Shown here piece by piece: positions 1 through 15,129 of a stretch of DNA of 64,000 bases. The first letter of the stretch is position 1. Every line of letters starts with the position of its first letter. The position numbers and the translations under genes were made by a program. The notes beneath the pieces are model-generated. The model was not told where the DNA came from. It did no database searches and saw nothing but the letters and a program-made list of their open reading frames with translations. The stretch comes from Octopus sinensis (Eukaryota), in assembly GCF_006345805.1 (NCBI RefSeq), contig NC_043008.1, forward strand, positions 36,518,001 through 36,582,000. Direction: 5' to 3'.

Positions 1-925
1 CGAAAACGAATCGGCTATTCTGTTTCGGAGGACTTTCTGGTCAAGGACCACCATAGATAATTTGCAAGAGGTGCTTCCAGTTCGAGATAAACTCAACAGA
101 CACGGATGTGCTGCCATACAGACTTGTTCGAAGAGTGTGCTGAGCGGCGAAACAGTTCTGCACGCACTCGTTCAGTGTCCGAGCATTGCTGACTTGTAGT
201 GTTATGTTGAACGCATGTTGACGCATGAGAGACGGATCGATCTGTCGGCCGATTCCATAGTGAGGATTGCCCCATCGATTTCCTTTAATCCGGCAGGTAA
301 AGTAGTTTTCCTTTGCCTAGTGGCGGTGGTCAAAGAGGTTATCTGGCTGAAAGGCATGAGGACAGAGATTTCCCTGTTTGGTAGAATTCTCATCGACTTT
401 TCAAGTTTGACTTGAAAAGGAAAGTGAGAGTGGAGAAGGAGATGCTGTCCTTGAGTGAATGTATTGTAAGTTTCGATAATAGCAAAAGTGGATAGTACCA
501 CTCTAAGTATAAACCTATGAGTCGGAGACTAGGAATTGGAGACGGCACCAGCCCTAGGTGTTCAGAGATGCGAGATCTTGGACGGAGGGGGGGGGGTCCT
601 AGAGGTCCTCCTGTGTGAGGAGGGCTACATCACTATTATCATACTCATTTTGTTTTTTATATTTTATTGTATTTTTACTTTTGTATACTATGTATGCTTC
701 CCTTCTCTGTCTTATTGTATACTGTGTATACTTTCTACACGTTTATATATATTCTTTTATTCTTTTACATGCTTCAGTTCCAGTGCTGTGGCTATGCTGG
801 AGCAACGCCAGAAAAAACACACTAGCATATATTTTTTTCTCAATTTTCATTATATGTAAATACCTGCTCTTAATACCTATCTTTCTATTGTCCCCTCATC
901 CTTCGGCTTGTTGACAAATAAAAGA
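1..925 (+). mobile_element. L1/Tx1-group LINE, 3' end (zf-RVT-like C-terminus plus 3' UTR), decayed
   Basis: Manual + strand translation gives LPVRDKLNRHG..TCSKSVLSGETVLHALVQCPSI (Cys/His motif typical of L1/Tx1 ORF2 C-termini) with an in-frame stop, continuing into ORF 215..415. AATAAA near 917 is followed by a (CAT)n tract. Homologous to 46600-47110. Confidence 0.7.
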
Positions 926-989
<64 letters not shown>

Positions 990-1009
990 TTCATCATCAT
1001 TATTATTAA

Positions 1010-1548
1010 TTTCTTACTTTTAATCTGCATGTTCGTTACAGTCACTTGCCAAGACACACCCAGTGTCTTGGGGCGAGTGATTGAAAGCTTGGGGAGGGGA
1101 TGTAGTGAAATAACTTCACCCAATACAACACAGACATTTAAATGGATAGGGTTTTCCTAAGGATGTGGGCAGTACTTGTTAATACAATCTTTTGGATTTC
1201 TCTGAGACATGGTTATCCTGGGATCTTATCTAAATGTTTCTGACATCCCTTTTTTATCATACCTCGGGAACCTACAATAACAGAAGCAGTTCTCGCTTTC
1301 AGATGGCCACATCTTTTGTATTCCAATTTCCAAGTAATTATATTTACTTAGCTTTTCAAATTCCTTTACAGATATAGGCGTAGGAGTGGCTGTGTGGTAA
1401 GTAGCTTGCTTACCAACCACATGGTTCAGGGTTTAGTCCCACTGCGTGGCACGTTGGGCAAGTGTCTTCTACTATAGCCTCGGGCCGACCAAAGCCTTGT
1501 GAGTGGATATGGTAGACGGAAACTGAAAGAAGCCCGTCGTATATATGT

Positions 1549-1608
<60 letters not shown>

Positions 1609-2060
1609 CTGTGTGTCTGTGTTTATCCCCCCAACATCGCTTGACAACCGATGCTGGTGTGTTTATGTCTCCGTAACTTAGCGGTTCGGCAAAAGAGACC
1701 GATAGAATAAGTACTAGGCTTACAAAGAATAAGTCCCGGGGTCGATTTGCTCGACTAAAGGCGGTGCTCCAGCATGGCCGCAGTCAAATGACTGAAACAA
1801 GTAAAAGAGTAAAAGAGAGTAAAGAGTATATATTTTTATCAGTAGGAACACTTACATTTATTAGTCCGCAAGTATGAAGTTCCCTGTTTTTAATAATTAT
1901 GTCTGGTCTATTAGCCTGGATCGTTCTGTCAGTATTGACTGGAAAATTCGAGAGGATAGTGACATTTTTATCTTCAACGACTGGCTCAAAATGATGTCCA
2001 TACCAGTAAGCAGGAGTCCTGATTTTGTAGTGTCTACACATTTTCCAATGTAAATACTGT
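1010..2060 (-). mobile_element. Dong/R4-clade non-LTR retrotransposon 3' fragment (RLE domain), split by a SINE
   Basis: WYGHHFEPVVEDKNVTILSNFPVNTDRTIQANRPDIIIKN..VSVPTDKNI (1784..2041) continues as SVKEFEKLSKYNYLEIGIQKMW (1226..1420) on the other side of the SINE: PD-(D/E)xK restriction-like endonuclease. Confidence 0.85.
1377..1826 (+). mobile_element. tRNA-derived SINE, family A
   Basis: A-box TGGCTGTGTGG, B-box-like GGTTTAGTCC, internal (TA)n(TG)n and a GTAAAAGA-type tail. At least six near-identical copies in the window. Confidence 0.9.
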
Positions 2061-2102
2061 ATAGTTAGTAGTCTTTGGGATTTTGTTGGGATTTTGCTTC
2101 GT

Positions 2103-2120
2103 CTATTATTACTATTATTA

Positions 2121-2161
<41 letters not shown>

Positions 2162-2235
2162 TATTATTATTATTATTATTATTATATCATTATTATTATT
2201 ATATTATTATTATTATTATTATATTATATTATTAT

Positions 2236-2285
<50 letters not shown>
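2103..2285. repeat. (TTA)n followed by (TAA)n compound microsatellite
   Basis: Direct reading of the sequence. Confidence 0.95.
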
Positions 2286-2287
<2 letters not shown>

Positions 2288-2289
2288 TG

Positions 2290-2760
2290 AGAAGCTCATT
2301 GTATGCATTCCCAGATTACACACGCAAATTCACAGGTAAAATATGTATTTAAAAAATTAATGAATAAATAAATTCATGAATGGATGTTGTTTTCACAGCG
2401 ATAATGCTCTTCTCAGGACATGAGCCGTTCCAGTTAACACGATTTCTTGCACTTCCTGGTATCATTTTCAAATAGGTTTCAGTACCTTTTTTTTTTATTT
2501 ATCATTCCTAGAGATCCTACAATCGCTGGTACTGTAGTCGCCTTGAGATGCCACATTTTTTCCATTTCTATTAGCAAGTCTTTATATTTACTGATCTTGT
2601 CAAATTCTTTCGTTGCTATATTGGGATCGCAAGGAATACTCATGTCAATTAATAAACACGTCCCTTTTGTCTGATCTTTTTATGATAATATCCGGTTTAT
2701 TAGCTTTTATAGCTTTGTCTGTATGTACGGGAAGTCCCATAGAATCGACACATTTTCTCC
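2290..2760 (-). mobile_element. Dong/R4 3' fragment (RLE C-terminus)
   Basis: Minus-strand translation includes LIDMSIPCDPNIATKEFDKISKYKDLLIEMEKMWHLKATTVPAIVGSLG and VLTGTAHVLRRALS, homologous to 7730-7996. Confidence 0.85.
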
Positions 2761-3299
2761 CTCAGTCACGGCTTCAGGATGGTCCTTTGTGGATTGTCTA
2801 TGATATCTATTGAACACGAATTTAGCTCTCAGCTTGATTATTCTGAACTGATCGATGATTTCGCGAAGTGAAAAGTGCGCCGTGTTTGTCTTTGAAAGTG
2901 GCCAGGGTTATAAAAGTGCTTTTTTATTCATATCTGGAAGTTTTACTTACTGAAATTTGTAATAGACCTAAATAAATTTAACTTGTACTTTTAAAGATGT
3001 TCTTTAGGATAACGTGAAATATTGAAGTTCAGATAGAATAAAGTAAAGTATAGCTGTGAATAAAAGGTGCGTAGATTATGAATTTTGATTGAAGGGATGA
3101 GGCCTCGAAACAAAAAGTTGCAGGGTGCTTCTAAAAGTCACGTGGCGGAGCTGATTGTACGGGATTGCAATGTCAATGACTATACAATGTTTTTTCTTTT
3201 CATCTTTTACTATTCGATTATATTTGTTCCTTTTTCTTTCATAGTTTAATGATTCTTAACGCAGAAATTCTCTTCAAATCTTGTTATTATCATTTATTA

Positions 3300-3640
3300 T
3301 GCCAGCCTCTGGCTTGTGTCCTTACCACTTTTCCGTCATTTTAAATTTACAAATTTGGTAAACGTTCCAATGCATTCTTTTACCTCCGTTTATACTCAAT
3401 TTTATTCAAGCTTATAGCATTCGCTTTCGTCTACTTTTCTGCATATTCTGCGTTTGCTGCCTGGCAGTGTGCTATCAATCTTCGTCTTTGTAAAATTCCT
3501 CTAATGGGTTTTTCTTTAGCGGCTATGATCAGCGATTCACTTTCTCTTTCAGTTTTCCATCTCCCAGCTGTCAGCAGCTTTTTTCACTTCTAATTTTCCT
3601 GTATGCCTTTGTTGTTCCTTCAAAGAAAAGATTTTTACCT
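3300..3640 (-). mobile_element. Highly decayed Dong/R4 fragment (zinc-knuckle region)
   Basis: Minus strand gives ESESLIIAA, RICRKVDES, EYKRR and EKW*GHKPE, matching the order of motifs in ORF 7126..7614. Confidence 0.55.
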
Positions 3641-4929
3641 CGTACAATGGAAGAGTATTTTTTCAAATATAGTCACACACAGAGAGCTTGGAAAAGTTTG
3701 GAAAGTCTGCTTATGAGGGGTTGAGACAAATAAAATTTAGTTTTTAAACATTTTGCCTTGTTAAAACATTCATGTAAGCAAATCACCTAAACGAAAGAAA
3801 ATGAAAACCCGCCCAAAGAATTAACAAAGAGGAAACGAAAAACGTTCAAAAAAGAATTCTTGCCATAAAATCAATGAAAGAAATTATTACCACAAAGTGA
3901 ACAACAATATTAGCACAATGAAATAAAATGCGACATATTAGCAGCAACATCTCTCTCTCTCTCACTCACACACGCACACACGTACTCACCCACACATACT
4001 CACACGCACACACACACACACATGTACACACATCCATGTATAAATATACACACACACCTACTCACACGTGCGTACATGTACATACACTTTCTCCCGCGTG
4101 GACACACAAGTGTTGACACAGACACACGCACAAACATATTCTAGTGAAGATGCCGTTTTTTTTCTGTTTTCACTCGTTTCTTGTGACAGAATAACTAAAT
4201 ATTTAAAGAAATACACTTCATGTTGCACCGTCTGATGTATTGCAGCGTCAATTTATGGGTTTCCCTGCTTCAATCTCGGTTTTGAAAATCGAATCCTCAC
4301 TTCTTTATGCCATGCCCTGTCTTATGGAAGGAACATATTTGCACAAATTAATTAGAACCACCTTCAACTGTTCTTTTGAGAACAATCATAAACTATTTTC
4401 GTTATTCGTGAAGTAAAGATAAATCATATTCCTCCTACTGCCCGTTCTTTGATAAATTTGACGCACTTTCTTTTGTGACAAATTCTAAACATACCGTTTT
4501 TGTTTCTCCGGCAGATAAGTGATACTTAATCCTTTTTATTTAGCCTGTAAGTGCTTGAAAATAATTTTGGTTGTTGCTGTTAATGTTTACATTGACGTCA
4601 CGCAAATTTGTTTTCACTTACCAAAATGTAACTTTTTCCTTTGACGAAGTGTGAGTCTGCTTGAATTTGTCTCCTATTTGGATTGGCACTTTTTGCTAAG
4701 CCAGTCGTTACGCTTTTGGGGAAATATTTCCTGCTCATCTAGAACAAGAACTATACGTAAGTGTATGTAAATATATGTTTAAAAGCGGACTGTTTTCGCC
4801 TACCCCATGTTCTAGATTAAACGCCGACGCTTTAAATTATTTCCTAAATAAAAAGTTTGAAAATATTCTTCGTCAAAATTAAATTTTTAGTTGATAAACT
4901 TGGTAAGAACTCAAGTCTCTCTAAGAGGC

Positions 4930-5410
4930 TTTACAGTATGTCTGTTCACACCATAGCACAACAAAACAGGAAATACTTGGTTTAATCATTAGGTTGAAAA
5001 GTGCTTGTGTCGGAGAAAGGCAAGATTTTATGGGATTTTCCAATTTAAATGGGTAAGAAGATAAAAAATAATAAAGCAGGTATAACAAGGAAAATCGAAT
5101 TTGTTGACCGATTGATTCATCATGTCCGTTTGATTCCAGGATTGTAAAGAAAAAAAAAAAACGAAAAATGAAAACAAAATACCCCCCTTCCCCAAAAAAA
5201 CTCCAAAGCAACAAGAAAACACGCACTCCCTTAAAATTTGAAATTGCATGAATTTGGAATGTGGAAACTGTAAAGGTTATGCCTGTAATAATTGTTGTAA
5301 GTAATGGTATAGACAACTGGAAGAAACTGGAACGGAATGTAATGGACAGCTTTTACGAAATGTTTGCCTCTTAAAAACAGGGAAGATTATCAAATGGGTT
5401 TTGAGCACTT
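4930..5410 (+). mobile_element. Highly decayed Dong/R4 RLE fragment
   Basis: LKFEIA*IWNVETVKVMPVII and CLLKTGKIIKWVLST* resemble the C-terminus of the other Dong copies. Confidence 0.55.
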
Positions 5411-5619
5411 GATGATTTATTGAAATTATGTGGATATCTAAGAGTACAATGTAATAAACGACTACCCACATAAATTCTGAGAGTTAAATCGAAGAATAAT
5501 GATCTAATTTTAGCACAAAGATAGGCAAAGTCGGTCTTTTTTCACTTGGTACGTAGAACCAGAAGAAATGCCGTTGATCATTTTCCCCGGCGTGCTAACG
5601 CCTTAATAAGGATAATAAT

Positions 5620-5826
5620 AATCCTTTCTAATGAAGGCAGAAGGCCTGAAATATTGGGAGCGAGGACTTGTCGATTACAACGACCTCAGTACTTATTTCA
5701 TCGATCCCGAAAAGACGAATGGCAAAGTCGATCTCGGCAGAATTTGAACTGAGAACGTAAAGACGGACGAAATACCGCTAAGCATTGTATCCAGTGTGCT
5801 AACAATTCTGCCAGCTCGCTGCCTTA
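5620..5826 (-). mobile_element. tRNA-derived SINE, family B
   Basis: Reverse complement of AAGGCAGCGAGCTGGCAGAA..GTTCAAATTC..GACTTTGCC..CGGGATCGATGAAATAAGTAC; same family as 19516-20077. Confidence 0.8.
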
Positions 5827-5836
5827 ATAATAACAA

Positions 5837-5873
<37 letters not shown>

Positions 5874-5874
5874 T

Positions 5875-5910
<36 letters not shown>

Positions 5911-5989
5911 GTAACAGTAATAGTAATAATAATAATAATAATGATAATAATATTAATGATAGTAATGATAATAATAATAATAATAATGA

Positions 5990-6021
<32 letters not shown>

Positions 6022-6051
6022 TAATCATGATATATAATAATAATAATAATA

Positions 6052-6108
<57 letters not shown>

Positions 6109-6128
6109 TGATAATAATAATAATAATA

Positions 6129-6163
<35 letters not shown>

Positions 6164-6203
6164 TAATAATAATAATGATGATAATAATAATAATAATAAT
6201 AAT

Positions 6204-6494
6204 TTAACTGGTACATCACACGTATTGAGAAGAGCATTGTCGATGTGAGAACTGTTGCTGCTCATGTATTTTAATTTAATTAACTGGTACATCACACGTA
6301 TTGAGAAGAGCATTGTCCATGTGAGAACTGTTGCTGCTCATATATTTTAATTTAACTTTAAAAAAAAAAAAAAAATGAACGAACTACTGAGTTTGGTTTA
6401 ATGGCCTACCAATATACACTATGAGTTTCTTTGCCCTAGGAGTCGGGAAGACACTCGGCAAGAAATGGAAGAAATTTGAAAGAAGAAAAAAAAA

Positions 6495-6495
<1 letters not shown>
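6204..6495 (+). mobile_element. Two tandem ultra-short Dong 3' ends embedded in (TAA)n
   Basis: 6204-6279 and 6280-6495 both begin TTAACTGGTACATCACACG and match 7952-8160 closely. Confidence 0.9.
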
Positions 6496-6546
<51 letters not shown>

Positions 6547-6554
6547 TGATGATG

Positions 6555-6615
<61 letters not shown>

Positions 6616-6619
6616 TGAT

Positions 6620-8159
6620 AATGTTGACACAAGAGAGCTTGAGCAAGAACAAACATACAAATATTTAGGGATAAATGAAGGCTCTGGTATTCAGCATGCA
6701 AGCATGAAAGAGAAGATCAGGAAGGAATGTTATAGGAGAGTTCGTGCAGTCCTGAAATCTGAACTAAATGCACGTAACAAGGTGTTAGCTATAAATTCCT
6801 TAGCAGTTCCAGTTGTTACTTATAGCTACAATGTGTTGAACTGGAATATGAGTGAAGTAAAGATAATAGATAGGAAAATACGCAAGCTGCTGAGTTGTAA
6901 TAGGATGCACCACCCAAAGGCAGACGTAGATCGCCTTTACCTTCCCAGAGCCCAAGGAGGTCGAGGCCTGATCCAATTTGAACTAGCTTACAAAACAACC
7001 ACAATTGGACTGGCCAAATATCTCGAAATATCGAATGACTGGATGCTAAAGCTCGTGGAAAATCACGAGAGACGAAAGAAGCTTCATTCTATCATAAAGG
7101 AAAGCAAAAATTTGCTATTGATCTCGTGCAGGATACCCAAACTGAACAACCCGAGGGAAGTACGGCAACTATTGTTGCAAAGAAGGTGAAAATGATGGCA
7201 ATGAAAAAAGCGCACGAGCAATTGGCTGATAGGTGGGAGGAGAAACCTCTGCACGGCAAATATGTGACCCGCAGCAAACAAGCTGATGTTGACCAGAAGC
7301 AAACACATCAGTGGCTACGGAGCTCAGGGCTAAAAGCAGAGAGCGAAGGTTTCATCCTGGCTGCTCAAGATCAAAGCCTATTAACCCGGAACTACCAGGC
7401 CAATGTGATGAAAAATGGAGCAGACCCAAAATGCCGATTCTGCAACGACATGATTGAAACAGTGGACCACCTAATCTCTGGATGTAAAGTCTTAGCACCA
7501 GTGGAGTATAAATTAAGACATGACAGAGTTGGCCAATATCTCCACTGGCTAATAAGTCGGCATTACAATATCAAAACTGCCGACAAGTGGTATAATCACC
7601 ACCCTGAGGTGTAACTGAAGGAGAAAATGTAACCATTCTGTGGGACTTTCCAGTACATACAGACCGAACCATCAAGGCCAATAAACCAGATTATTGTTGT
7701 GAAAGACCAAAACAAAAAGTTTGCTTATTGATCGATATGAGCATCCCCTGTGATCATAATATCTCAGCGAAAGAGTTTGACAAGCTCAGAAAATATAAAG
7801 ACCTACTCACTGAATTGAGAAAATGTGGCATCTCAAGGCGGTTACAATACCAGTGATCGTAGGAGCACTAGGAATGATCAAGAAGGGAACCGAAAATTAT
7901 ATGAGAATGATCCCTGGCTTACCATCCCTGCAAGAAGTGCAAAAGATTGTCTTAACTGGTACATCACACGTATTGAGAAGAGCATTGTCGATGTGAGAAC
8001 TGCTCATGTATTTTAATTTAACTTAAAAAAAAAAAAAAATGAACGAACTATTGAGTTTGGTTTAATGGCCTACCAATGTATACTATGAGTTTCTTTACCC
8101 TAGGAGTCGGGAAGACACTCGGCAAGAAATGGAAGCAAATTTGAAAGAAGAGAAAAAAA

Positions 8160-8160
<1 letters not shown>
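6620..8160 (+). mobile_element. 5'-truncated Dong/R4 element (end of RT, CCHC zinc knuckle, RLE, 3' UTR), frameshifted
   Basis: YKYLG, HHPKADVDRLYLPRAQGGRGL, CRFCNDMIETVDHLISGC, RHD, NKPD..LIDMSIP..KYKDL and RRALSM*. Flanked on both sides by (TAA)n. Confidence 0.95.
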
Positions 8161-8216
<56 letters not shown>

Positions 8217-8249
8217 GTGATGATAACGACCACGATGATGATGATGATG

Positions 8250-8880
8250 ATCACTCCCGTCGATTTCGACGTATGGGTGTTTAAAAGTAGAGGATTTAAA
8301 AGAAAAAAAGAAAAGAAAGTTTTAAAAACTTAGAAAAAGAAAAGGCGTGAGAGCAACAAAAAAAAACAACTTTAAAAATTAAAGAATAAAAGGAGCTGTA
8401 TCTACTTGCGAATGATGTGGGAATGTAATTTGAGTACAGGTATGAATTTTGCTATGAAGTCGTCCAGGAGACACTGATGATCTTGACTGGGATTGGACAA
8501 TTGTGTCTGTTGATTGCAGGATATGACACATTTTACGCCATGTAGATCGATCTAAGCAATGACTTTCCCATGATCTCAAATTAATCTTATGAGACTTTAG
8601 TGAAGGCTTCAACTTATCCTAATATCTAAGGATGGGTCTTCTTTTACTGCGGTGTTCGTCTACTTGTTGGCTATTCAAAAAAAAAAAAAAAATCGGAATG
8701 CGGTTATCTTTCATTTGAACATGTCCTACCCATCTGCACTAAATTCTCAGTAGCATGCTTCTGATACCGGAAATGTCACATTTTTCTAAGATATTGACAT
8801 TTGATATCGTATCTTGTCATTTTATGTTGCAGGTACTGCGCAGACAACACTTGTGAAAGGTTTCAAGGTGTATGTTTCGG
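8250..8880 (-). mobile_element. RTE-clade LINE 3' fragment
   Basis: TFHKCCLRSTCNIK, RWVGHV, RPILRY and KPSLKSHKINLRSWESHCLDRSTWRK are typical RTE C-terminal motifs. Confidence 0.75.
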
Positions 8881-8884
8881 TGCA

Positions 8885-8926
<42 letters not shown>

Positions 8927-8928
<2 letters not shown>

Positions 8929-9330
8929 GATTTATTTATTGACCACAAAGGGTTTATATTAAGAAAAATATTATGGACAACACAAGAGAAAACAGAGTTT
9001 GTGTGTGTATGTGTGTTGTGAGGGTTTTGCGTGTAAGCAAGTTTAACGTAATAAAAAAACGATTTTAACAAGGTATAAATGTATAATCCTCAATATGGAG
9101 GAGACGTTCGGGGGCTGTTCATGGTAAACCCCAATACTGCTTGTTCTTTGTTTGTCCTTATCGATTCTATTCTAATCATCCTTTTCAAGGCAAACCATCA
9201 TTTGTTGTTGACGATCGACCCTGTCAATGCCCGCTTAACTAATCCACTAATCCGGTCTCTGAAAGCTTTGTGTACCGGCATGCTCGCGTTCAGCTTCGAC
9301 CAGTTCTGTTTTTTGAACTTCAAGGATTTT
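8927..9330 (-). mobile_element. Possible L1/Tx1-like LINE 3' end
   Basis: Minus-strand terminus CTTTGTGGTCAATAAATAAATC followed by (TAG)n resembles the Tx1 termini at ~910 and ~46610. Protein similarity is weak. Confidence 0.3.
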
Positions 9331-9347
9331 GTGTTTTTCTCGATGAC

Positions 9348-11421
9348 TAACATTTTCGTTAACGATTTAACTTTTAAGTTAGCTTTGAAAATCATTATCG
9401 GACTAATTAACTTCCGTTACATTTAGCTTCCGTTAACTCAAGTCCGTTAACCCAATAATTTCATAAAAACTCGTAATCGTTTAAAAGTTTCTATTGCTTT
9501 CAGATTGCCATAGCATATTTAGTATTGTACGCGTCATTCTTTCAACCCCGATATAACGCCACTTATTATTATAAATAACTTGTAGGACCTCGTTTGGCCC
9601 TGTCTGGATTTGAAACGAAATCCACCCGTTTGTTGCTTGCAAGGACAGCGGGAAATTTCTTTGTCTCGTCAAGAGGGAACAGTGATTGATGTGTTTCTAC
9701 TTGATCTGTGACCTCGCTGAGGTGGATGTCAACAGAAAAAATACTGACTTCCATAAAGTGGAAAAAATAGAAGGAAAAAAGTTGGTAAATATTTCGGTGT
9801 GAACACAAATAGCTGTTACCTGGTAGCAGGGCTTGCTAAAAATAGCAGCCAAGTCTTTCCTTTTCTGGAAAAGGGAGCCGTTTACGCTTAATTTCGATGT
9901 CACATTCGTTGAAAGTATGCAAAATAACCTAGAAAAGAAGAAAGGGCCGCGAAACAAAACTCCCTTGGTAGGAAACTTCGAGGTGTTCACCGCACCTCCC
10001 ACCTTTCTTTTCCGGAAAAAGTAGCTAGCAGCAGGTTTGAAGATCAGATACGTTGAATGCGCCCGAAAAAACTGTGGAAAGAAATTATTCCACACCGAAG
10101 TACGAAATATTTACGGAAAGAATGAAGTCATGTACCGATTATACCTGCATCTTAATTAATTCAAATTAATGTACCCGATTTTGAAAAGTAGCAAAATTGT
10201 TGTCGGTTGCCATCTGGGATAATTTTAGTAACAAATCAAACAGGTAAGATGCATTAAGAATTTCAATTTTAGTGTCTATTCATAATGTTATTGTTTTTAC
10301 ACCTGTTAATTAAATTTACCTGCCCATAAAAGACAAATTTACTCAGCAAGATCATCTAAAATTACATAACTATAAACCAGTAGTATATAAAGCACCCACT
10401 GATAAAATTTCAAATCTGTATGTAAAAAATTTACAATTATTGTGGATGCCCTGCTTGAGCTTGAATATTTCAAAATAACGTGAACGAATAAGCATTAAAT
10501 TTGACAAATTGATATGAACAATAAAGATGTTTTAAGTGATTTTTTCTTACACGCACCTAACGCAGTCTCGCTCGATTAGGACTACACGTGTGTTACTTGA
10601 CATCATCATTCCATAAAAATTGTTTATAGGGAGAAAAATATTGAAAAATATCAATAGATGTGTGAATGAGAAAGAAACGAGGAGGGAAGTTTTGGGATGT
10701 GCTAGAAACAACAACTAGATCTCCCTTAAACCACACATTTTCTTCTGAAATTATTATTTTTAAACCGAAAATGTTTCTCTCATGGGTTTTAAGTGCGTAG
10801 TGAAAAAAAAAAAAGCCAAAATCATTTCGGACTGCGGTAGTGAGAGGGTGGCGAGAGTGAAAAAAATGAATTTTCAAACTGTTTTCTTTTTTTTTTTTTG
10901 TGAAAAGATGCCTTCCATCATTCTGAAGTCTTTGGTGAAAAACATTGAAAAAATACCCGTCAAAACGGAGAAATTCCAATTATGTCGGCCGTCTGATCCG
11001 AAGCTCCGTTTTCCAGAAACTCCCCCACCCGTTTCCTTCCAAAAATTTTGTCTACAAATTTCTTTGTAGGCAAAATACCGTTTGAAAGGCATTTGCATAA
11101 AATTTCATTAAAATATATTTGTTTTCCAGAAAGTTATGAGGAAGTAATGTCGGGTCCAGTGAATTTTCAGAAACTCCTCTCCCCAACCACTCGGAAATTA
11201 TTTTTCCAAATCTCAGTTTACAGAATATACACTCAATCTACAGGATATAAGCGATTATTTGGGGAAAGTTTCGTGAAAAAGAATCCATTTTTCTGGAAGT
11301 CGTGAGAATGAAAAATCAGTGGGGCATTAAACTGTAGTTATGCCATTTTTCGACAAAAGTTGACATTAACGGATTAACGATTAACGAAGTTAACTTTTCC
11401 ATTAACGGTGCCCATGCTTTG
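9348..11421. mobile_element. Probable DNA transposon remnant (hAT-like ends) with subterminal GTTAA/TTAAC repeats
   Basis: Clusters of (C)GTTAAC at 9350-9455 and TTAACG at 11360-11410. Right terminus ..AACGGTGCCCATGCTTTG. The left TIR is not recognisable. Confidence 0.45.
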
Positions 11422-11574
11422 TATTTCATGTATATAATATACTTTATATATTGATCTGTCTAACTTGCTTATCGCTACATTTACTTATATACCCGCTCAA
11501 GTTTAAATCTCTTGAGCACTACTAAGTGTGTTCTATTCTATCCGGAGAATATCTAGATCTCATCTATGAACTAG

Positions 11575-13995
<2,421 letters not shown>

Positions 13996-14718
13996 AACGA
14001 ATCGTAAAAATCGGTGAATTCGATCAGTTCATGTAACGTTTAAGTGACTTTGACTTCCGGTCAATTAATCTGTGTTGATCAAACATGGAGTCATCAGAAG
14101 CGATATCCTACTTTGCCACCCACCACGGCCGTTGGGAAAAAAAGAAAAACCTTCGCCACTTAGCTACGCCGTCAAAGATCCGTATTTTACTAAGGATAAG
14201 TTGAAAATTTATGATACTAACTGTCATGTTTAAATGCCACTTTGTTTCTTAGGTAACAACGCAACCAATCAAAACAATTTCTATTCGTGTAGAGGGCGTT
14301 AAATCAAAGGGTCTTATTTTTAGGAATGCAAAAAAATAATAAAATAATTTAAAATGAAATACTCGTTGAAAGAAAAAAAAAAGAAAAAGGAGAAAGGTGG
14401 TAAATTATGAAAGGAAAAAATCGTAAAACAACGACTAAAAAATGGAGCTGGGCAATAACCTCATGACAAAAATAGTTTCAGAAAGAATGAAAAACCCTTA
14501 CATGTTTACATGTATATATGCGTGTGTATCGTATATGTACAGCCCAAGCATGTTCCTTTCTTTGCTTGCATCATTATCTATCTATCTATGAATATATATA
14601 TATATATCTATATATATATATATCTATATATATATATATCTATATATATATATATCTATATATATATATATCTATATATATATATATCTATATATATATA
14701 TATAATATATATATATAT

Positions 14719-14764
<46 letters not shown>

Positions 14765-15019
14765 CTATATATACATACATATATACATATATATACAGAC
14801 ACACACATATATATATACATACATACATACATACACACAGGCACACATAGACAACAAAAACACATATAAACTAGTTCTTATAGATAAAATTGTATAAAAA
14901 GAAAAATTGAGTTCGAAAATAGTTTTGCGTTATTTACTTATGGAACAATTTCAATATTAAAATTTATATATTCTTATAATTCGCAGAGGGTTTGGTACAG
15001 TAGCGTTTCCTTAGTGAAA

Positions 15020-15062
<43 letters not shown>

Positions 15063-15129
15063 TCTCTCTGACATATATAACATAAATACGGACGTAGCAG
15101 ATAACAGCTAACCTTCGGTCGCTTGGGCC

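Noticed and set aside
1377-1450. tRNA gene
   Set aside because: The A/B boxes belong to SINE heads; no complete cloverleaf.
2103-2285. (TTA)n/(TAA)n palindrome as a functional hairpin
   Set aside because: Explained by microsatellite inversion or adjoining retroelement tails; no unique sequence involved.
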